From positions 167,464,001 to 167,528,000 of the forward strand of contig NC_086097.1 in the NCBI RefSeq assembly GCF_963921235.1: DNA of 64,000 bases, written 5' to 3'. The position numbers and the translations under genes are program-made. Positions 58,120 through 64,000 of this stretch are shown here, piece after piece. This DNA comes from Mobula hypostoma (lineage: Eukaryota). Numbering within the stretch: position 1 is the stretch's first letter; each line of letters begins with the position of its first letter. The notes below the pieces were generated by a model, which saw nothing but the letters and a program-made list of their open reading frames with translations, was not told the DNA's origin and did not search any database.

Positions 58120-59500
58120 TATCAAAGTCCGGTCCATGAAGTCTGCATTCCGGTTCACGGTCCGGTCCATGGACTCAGATCTCCGGGTCTTCCAGCTGTC
58201 CTTTGTTTCAGTTGGGTTAGGCACCTGATTCCCATCTTGGAGCTTGGAATATAAGTAGCCTTGGGGTCGCGTGTGGGCTGCTTGTTTGTCTTGTCAAGAT
58301 CCCCTGGGAGCAACCTGCCAGTGGAAGGCTAGAGTGGCCACTTGCCATCATTAGGCTGCGTTGGAGAACCACCATTTCATGGAGCCTTGCTGACGGTAGT
58401 CGTAGCGGTCTTTGCGGTATGGATTCGGCCGTTTCCTAGGCCAGCTGAGTGGCCGACAGCCACTCTGAGCTAGGTAAGGATCCAGCTGTTTCTGTAGCCA
58501 GCTGAGGTTGCTGGCCATAACTGCAACTCGGAGCAACCCCAATGCAGAGATGAAACTGTCTGTCGTTCTTCAGTGTTTGTCTCTTCTTGTCCTCGCCTCC
58601 ATGGGGTAAGTCAGGCTGTTCTGCCGTTGCCCTGCGGGGGGATCTGTCTTGTCTTGTCTTGTCCTCGCCTCTGTGGGGTAAGTCAGGCTGTTCTGCCGTT
58701 GCTCTGCGGGGGGGGGGGGACTGTCTTGTCTTGTCCTCACCTCTGTGGGGTAACTCAGGCTGTTCTGCCGTTGCCCTTCGGGGGGATCTGTCTTGTCTTG
58801 TCCTCGTCTCTGTGGGGTAAGTCAGGCCATTCTGCCGTTGCCTTGCGGGGGGCTGTCTTGTCTTGTCTTTGCCTCTGTCGGGTAAGTCAGGCCGTTCTAC
58901 TGTTACCCAACAGGTGGACCTGTCCCACCTTAGTATGGAGATAAAGTTGAGTCCTGGCTTGTCTAAGGATAAGTCCCGGCTCTATGTCTAAGTACTGTCC
59001 AGTCTCATGTTAGTGTCATGTTAAAGATCAGTCCTGGCTTTTCGAGGGATAAGTCCGGGCTTTATGTTAATGTACAGTTCCCAGTCTGTCTCCAAGCTCC
59101 AGCCTCCGAGTTATCAGCCTCCACATTCCAAGACCCCAGCTTCCAGCCTGCAGCCTACAGCCTCAAGACCCCAGCCTGCAGCCTCAAGCCTCAAGACCCC
59201 AGCCATGTCCTGTCCTGTAGCCATGTCATGTCCTTGCCTAGTTCTGGGGTCCGAGCCCGAGGCAAGACCCAGGTTCTGGGTCCTTATCCAGTGTCTGGCT
59301 CAGAATCAAAGCCCAGGCTCCTAGTTCATAGTTCCTCGTCCGGGTTCCCTGTCTAGTCCATGTCCTAGCCCGAGTCTGCGTTCTTGTCCCTGCTCCTCAT
59401 CTGTATCCTGTCACATCCCTAATCTAGTCAAGTCCTGTTTCTAGTACTTCAGTGTCTGTATCTTGTGTTTGGGTCCGTTCCCAGCACCCCAACTGTGACA
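58120..59500 (+). mobile_element. 1381-bp solo LTR related to 41639-43355
   Basis: 3' end TTTGGGTCC...CTGTGACA; decayed 5' end TATCAAAGTCCGG vs TGTCATGGTCCGG; TSD ATGGA/GTGGA; shared block 59222-59300 vs 43042-43120 and a shared GGGGTAAGTC array at 58575-58905. Confidence 0.8.
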
Positions 59501-59564
59501 GTGGAATCTACAATCATTCACAAAGATAACAATTGCCAAATGAAGGTAAGGAACAAGCTTCTCT

Positions 59565-60560
59565 CAGAGTTATAGAGCAACACAACATGGAGACAGACAC
59601 TTCAGCTCAATGAGTGCATGCCGACCATGGTGCCCACCCAGCTAGTCCCAATTTACTGCATTCAGTTCCATCTCCCCTGTAACCCCACCCCTCTATGTAC
59701 ACAACAAAGTGTTTTTTTAAATGATACTATTCTACCTGCCTCAACCACTTCCTCAGGCAGCTTATTACATATACCCACCATCTTCTGCGTGAAAATGTTG
59801 TCCCTCAGTTTCCTTCTAAATCTTTCCCCTCTAATCCTAAACCTCTGCCCCCTAGTTTCAACCTCCACAGTCCCAGGGAAAAGATTGTTCCCATCCACCT
59901 TATCTATGTTTGTCACAACTTTAAACACTTCTATAAGAACATAGAATAGTACAGCACAGTACAGGCTCTTTAGCCAATTATGTTGTGCCAACTTTATAAC
60001 CTATTCCAACATCAATCAAACATTTCCCTCTCACATACCCCTCTATTTTTAATTCATCCATGTGCCTAACAGCGAGCCTCTTAAATGTCCCTGATGTATC
60101 TGCCTCTGCTCACCACCCCCGGCACCATATTCCAGCACCTAGCACTATCTGTATAAAAAACCCTCCCCTGACATGCTCCCTGTGTTCCTCCAATCACCTT
60201 AAAATGACTATGTCCCCTCGTATTAGTCATTTCTGCCCTGAGAAAACAGCACCAGCAGTTCACACTACCAATGCCCCTTACCACCGTATACACCTGGTCA
60301 CAAGACGTAAGGTCACCTCACGTTCTCCTATGTTGCAAGGAAAAAACAGGCTTAAAGTGGCTAACCTCTCCCTATAACTCAAGCTCTTTAGTCCTGGCTA
60401 TATCCTTGTAAATCTTTTCTACATTCTTTCCAGTTTAAGCACATCTCTCCTACAACAGAGTGACCAAAACTGTGTACAGTATTCCAATGATTTAAACAAC
60501 TGTAACATAATAGCCTAACTCCTGTACTCACTGTCCTGACTGATGAAGGTCAGTGTGCTG
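59565..60560 (-). mobile_element. CR1 3' fragment with a second CR1 tail (~59937-60305) nested inside
   Basis: IEVFKVVTNIDKVDG...RGQRFRIRGERF; the inner element has a (CTATGTT)n tail. Confidence 0.7.
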
Positions 60561-61299
60561 TTGAAGGCTCCAAATGGAATTTCCAGCTTTTGGCAGCTTG
60601 AACAGAACAGAGTCGACTTCAGGGCATGTAATTGAGCCCCTCCAGAGCTCAGTGCTGTCTGAAGAGTTCACCAAATAGTGAACAGTAGTGAACTGGCAGC
60701 TGGATTAACATTCTGTCTACATAAAGAGTAAATAATGCAGCCTGTAAAATGGGGCCATTCCTGTTTCGCTTTGCCACTGTGGGTGAGTTCCTGACCTTTT
60801 CTATCAACTCAGTCTTTGCTCCTTTAGTAGAGTGAGATACCTCTAATGGTTACAGTAATTTTGTTTCCTAGCTTCCTTTCTCTACAGAAATACGAGTAAC
60901 TTCAGGCTCCTAAGGAAATACAGAAAGGAAGTCCTTCCGGACTTCTGTTAAAGCTTCTATTAAATAAAGCAGAGGAATTGGTTATTGCTGTTCATCTGAG
61001 CATTTAAACCTGAAGCAAAATACATGAACATAAATTCCAATTAAAAAGCCAGAAGAGAGCAGGATATCACTGTGAGAATAAATACTGAATGCATGATAGA
61101 GTGAACACTGTCCGTAGGAAACAAAACAAAGTTGTGATAAACACTGTACTTTTTTAATTATTCATTTTTCAAAATCTACAGGTAAAACCATAAGACATTG
61201 CCGCAGAATTAGGCTATCTAGCCCATTGAGTCTTCTCTGCTGTTCTATCATGGCTGAGTTATCATCTCTCTCTACCCTATTCTCCTACCTTCTCGTAAC

Positions 61300-61685
61300 C
61301 CCTATCAACATGGGCACACTGGAAGCCGTGGTAGAACAAAGGATCCTACAGAAATTCCTGGCAATTCTGGACAATGCTTCTCACCCTCTGCATGCCAACT
61401 TGGATGAACAGAGGAGCACTTTAACTAATAGACTAAAACAACTGCTCTGCTCCAAAGAGCATGATATGAGGTCATTCTTCCCCTCGGCCATTAGGCTGTA
61501 TAATGAGTCGGCCTATAGCCAGGAATGTGACGAGGCCCCCCCCCCCCCATTAGACTGTTCGTGGTAACATTTTTTTTATCCTTTCTTACTTCTTTTCTAA
61601 TAATTGTATATTTGTATATCTCTGCACTTGTACTGCTACTGTGCCAATGTAATTTCCTTTGGGATCAATAAATATCTATCTATCT
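61300..61685 (+). mobile_element. Rex1/Babar-type 3' end (different subfamily)
   Basis: ILDNASHPLH...RSFFPSAIRLYN; AATAAA followed by a (TATC)n tail. Confidence 0.75.
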
Positions 61686-62009
61686 TTCCAAATTGGCCAG
61701 GAGAAAGATGAATGGTAGACCATCTTCCTGAAATGCTGCAGTCCTTCTGCTGCAATTGTTGGGTGTGAGTTCCAGGATTTAGCCTCAGGATGAAGAAGGC
61801 TCACCAATGTATTTCCATGTCAAGTTAATGTGTGAATTGGAGAGAAATGCACAGCAGGTGAAAGTATTCATACGCATTGTCTTTGCCAGTAGAAGGAAGG
61901 TTTGGGAGGAACTGTCAAAGCAGCCTAAATAAGAAATTATAGTGCATTTTGTAGATGGTATCTATCACAGCAACGTGCACAGGACTGTATGTTCTCTGTT
62001 GTGCAAATA

Positions 62010-62548
62010 TACTCTTAATGGCCACTTTATTAGGTACACCTATACACCGGTTCATTAATGCAAATATCTAATTAGCCGGTGATGTGGCAGCAACTCAAAG
62101 CATAAAAGCATGCAGACATGGTCAAGAGGTTCAGTTATTGTTCAGACCAAACCTCAAATTGGGAAGAAATGTGATCTAAGTGACTTTGACCATGGAATGA
62201 CTGTTGGTGCCGAATTAGGTGGTTTGAGTATCTCAAAACCTACTGTTCTCCTGGGATTTTCACACACAGCGGTCTCTAAGTTTTACAGAAAATAGTGCAA
62301 AAAACATAAAAGCATCCAGTGAATGGCAGTTCTATGGGTTTATTAATGAGAGAGGTCGGAGGAGAATGGCCAGACTGGTTCAAGTTGACAGGAAGGTGAC
62401 AGTAACTCAGATAACACATGTTACAACAGTGGTGTGCAGAAGAGCATCTCTGAATGCACAACATGTTGAATCTTAAACTGGATGGCCCACAGCAGCAGAA
62501 GGCCACATCAGGTTCCACTGCTGATCCTGGTAAATTTGTCACTGAGTG
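62010..62548 (+). mobile_element. Complete ~540-bp non-autonomous Tc1-like element
   Basis: TA on both flanks; degenerate TIRs (..TGGCCACTTTATTAGG / ..TCACTGAGTG); N-terminal transposase HTH remnant GKKCDLSDFDHGMTVGA..LSISK...LLGFSHTAVS. Confidence 0.85.
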
Positions 62549-62749
62549 TACATATTTATAAAGCAGATTAGATTAACAAATAATCTTCAAATAACTAGGG
62601 GTCTTATTCTAACTTGATGAATACATCAGTATTAACTGCACTGCTTTGGAAATGCCTGATAAGAACATTGATTTTGTAGCTTGTTCTTTCAGAGATAGTC
62701 GCTAGAAAACTGGGAATTTCAGAAAATGCTCAGCAATGCTTCCACTTAC

Positions 62750-62825
62750 ATTCAGATGAAGGATCTTGACCTAAAACGTTGACTGTTCATTTCCCTCCAC
62801 AGGTGCTGCCTGACCCTTTGAGTCT
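62750..62825 (+). mobile_element. Degenerate HHR mini-element
   Basis: CAGATGAAGGATCTTGACCTAAAACGTTGACTG. Confidence 0.6.
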
Positions 62826-62930
62826 GGTAAATAAAAAATTGGTTTATTGTTATCACATGTACCAAGATAAAGTGAAAACTTTGTTTGGATACCATCTGTA
62901 GGAACCATTTCATTAGAACAGTGCATTGAA

Positions 62931-63060
62931 TTGAATTGACTTTATTTCTTACATCCTTCACATACATGAGGAGTAAAAATCTTTATGTTACGTCTCCATC
63001 TAAAAAAATAGATTTGGAATGGAGCTCACAACACAGCCGCCGTACGCGGCGCCATTTTGG
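62931..63060 (-). mobile_element. 130-bp young non-autonomous retroelement inserted in a Rex1-like 3' UTR
   Basis: TSD TTGAA (62926-62930, 63061-63065); minus strand CCAAAATGGCGCCGCG head, then AATAAA and a (CAATT)n tail. Confidence 0.65.
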
Positions 63061-63900
63061 TTGAAGTAATATGAAGGAAAACAATAACAGAAAGCAGAAT
63101 GAACTGTCACAGATACAGAGACAGTGCAGTGCAGGCAGACAATGAGGTTCAAACTCTAATGAGACAGATTGTGAAGTCATGAGTCCACCTAATTGTACTA
63201 AAGGATTGTTCAAGCAGCCACCGGTTGTGGATGAAGAGGATTGACAGCAGCTGGGCCCTAAAATTACCCATGGGTGGCCAGATGTGAAGAAGGATGTACC
63301 TGGCACGCTGGGTCGCATTGCTGAGCTGGAGATGTAGTGGGCTTAAATTGAAGAAACATCTAAGTAGGGGACTGCCCACCTGATGTCCCCTGGGAAGCAT
63401 CAGCCACCCACCAAGCCCCACTTCAACTTCTCTGCCCTATGCTATGCTGAGTTTGGATCTGCTTATCAAAGGGATTGAAACATCTGGTCCTATGAGCTTG
63501 AACCATTATAACAGTGGGATGGAAGCAATCCTTGAAACTGATGATATGTACTTACGGGTTTTTGTAGCCTAATGGGAGACAGGAGAGGACAAAATGTCCA
63601 AAGCACCTGTCTGATATTCCAGGTTCCAGCATCAGCAATGCCTTGCGTCTCCATGATCCCTCCGCTATTTCCAGGGCTACTTCCATTCATACACTGCAAT
63701 GCAGATTATCAAAACCTGAGGAATTATGAGCATTTAGTCCCATCCTTAATTTTAATTTCCTTCAGTTTCTCCCTCTCTTTAGACCATCGGTTTCCTAACA
63801 CACCTGAGGGATTTTTGCCCCCCACCCCACCCGCCTTTGTAAACACAATCAAATATCAGTGTTGTGCCTCCTCTTCAATCCTGGTTATAATATCAGCCGA

Positions 63901-64000
63901 CATACATCAAAGTTGCTGGTGAACGCAGCAGGCCAGGCAGCATCTATAGGAAGAGGCGCAGTCGACTAGTCCTGACGAAGGGTCTCGGCCTGAAACGTCG
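63901..64000. mobile_element. Young fold-back PLE mini-insertion (runs off the window)
   Basis: 63901-63966 is nearly identical to 33389-33454 and is followed immediately by the sense HHR. Confidence 0.85.
63968..64000 (+). ncRNA. Minimal hammerhead ribozyme (truncated by the window edge)
   Basis: Identical to 38073-38105. Confidence 0.8.

Noticed and set aside
41639..59500. Two related LTRs as the ends of one provirus
   Set aside because: Each has its own TSD (TACAC vs ATGGA/GTGGA), they are substantially diverged, and no gag/pol lies between them.

Overview
This is eukaryotic, repeat-dense non-coding DNA, with no recognisable host exon and no prokaryotic features. The repeat mix suggests a cartilaginous fish, possibly a ray (inference): CR1/HER1-like LINEs, V-SINE/HE1-like SINEs, Rex1/Babar LINEs, Neptune-type Penelope-like elements (PLEs), Tc1, Tigger and hAT DNA transposons, and solo LTRs. 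The main system is a young PLE family carrying minimal hammerhead ribozymes (HHR). It includes a 4.8-kb insertion with a 15-bp TSD made of two inverted arms (33389-38213), whose right arm has an open RT-to-GIY-YIG frame. It also includes more than ten ~100-400 bp HHR/pLTR-derived mini-elements, some with their own TSDs and one with a breakpoint at the predicted cleavage site. Other highlights: a Tc1 derivative split by about 8 kb of nested insertions (1-8554), two related solo LTRs with tandem arrays of consensus splice donors, and several short non-autonomous elements. Family names come from motif recognition by eye, not database searches. Boundaries of old elements are approximate.
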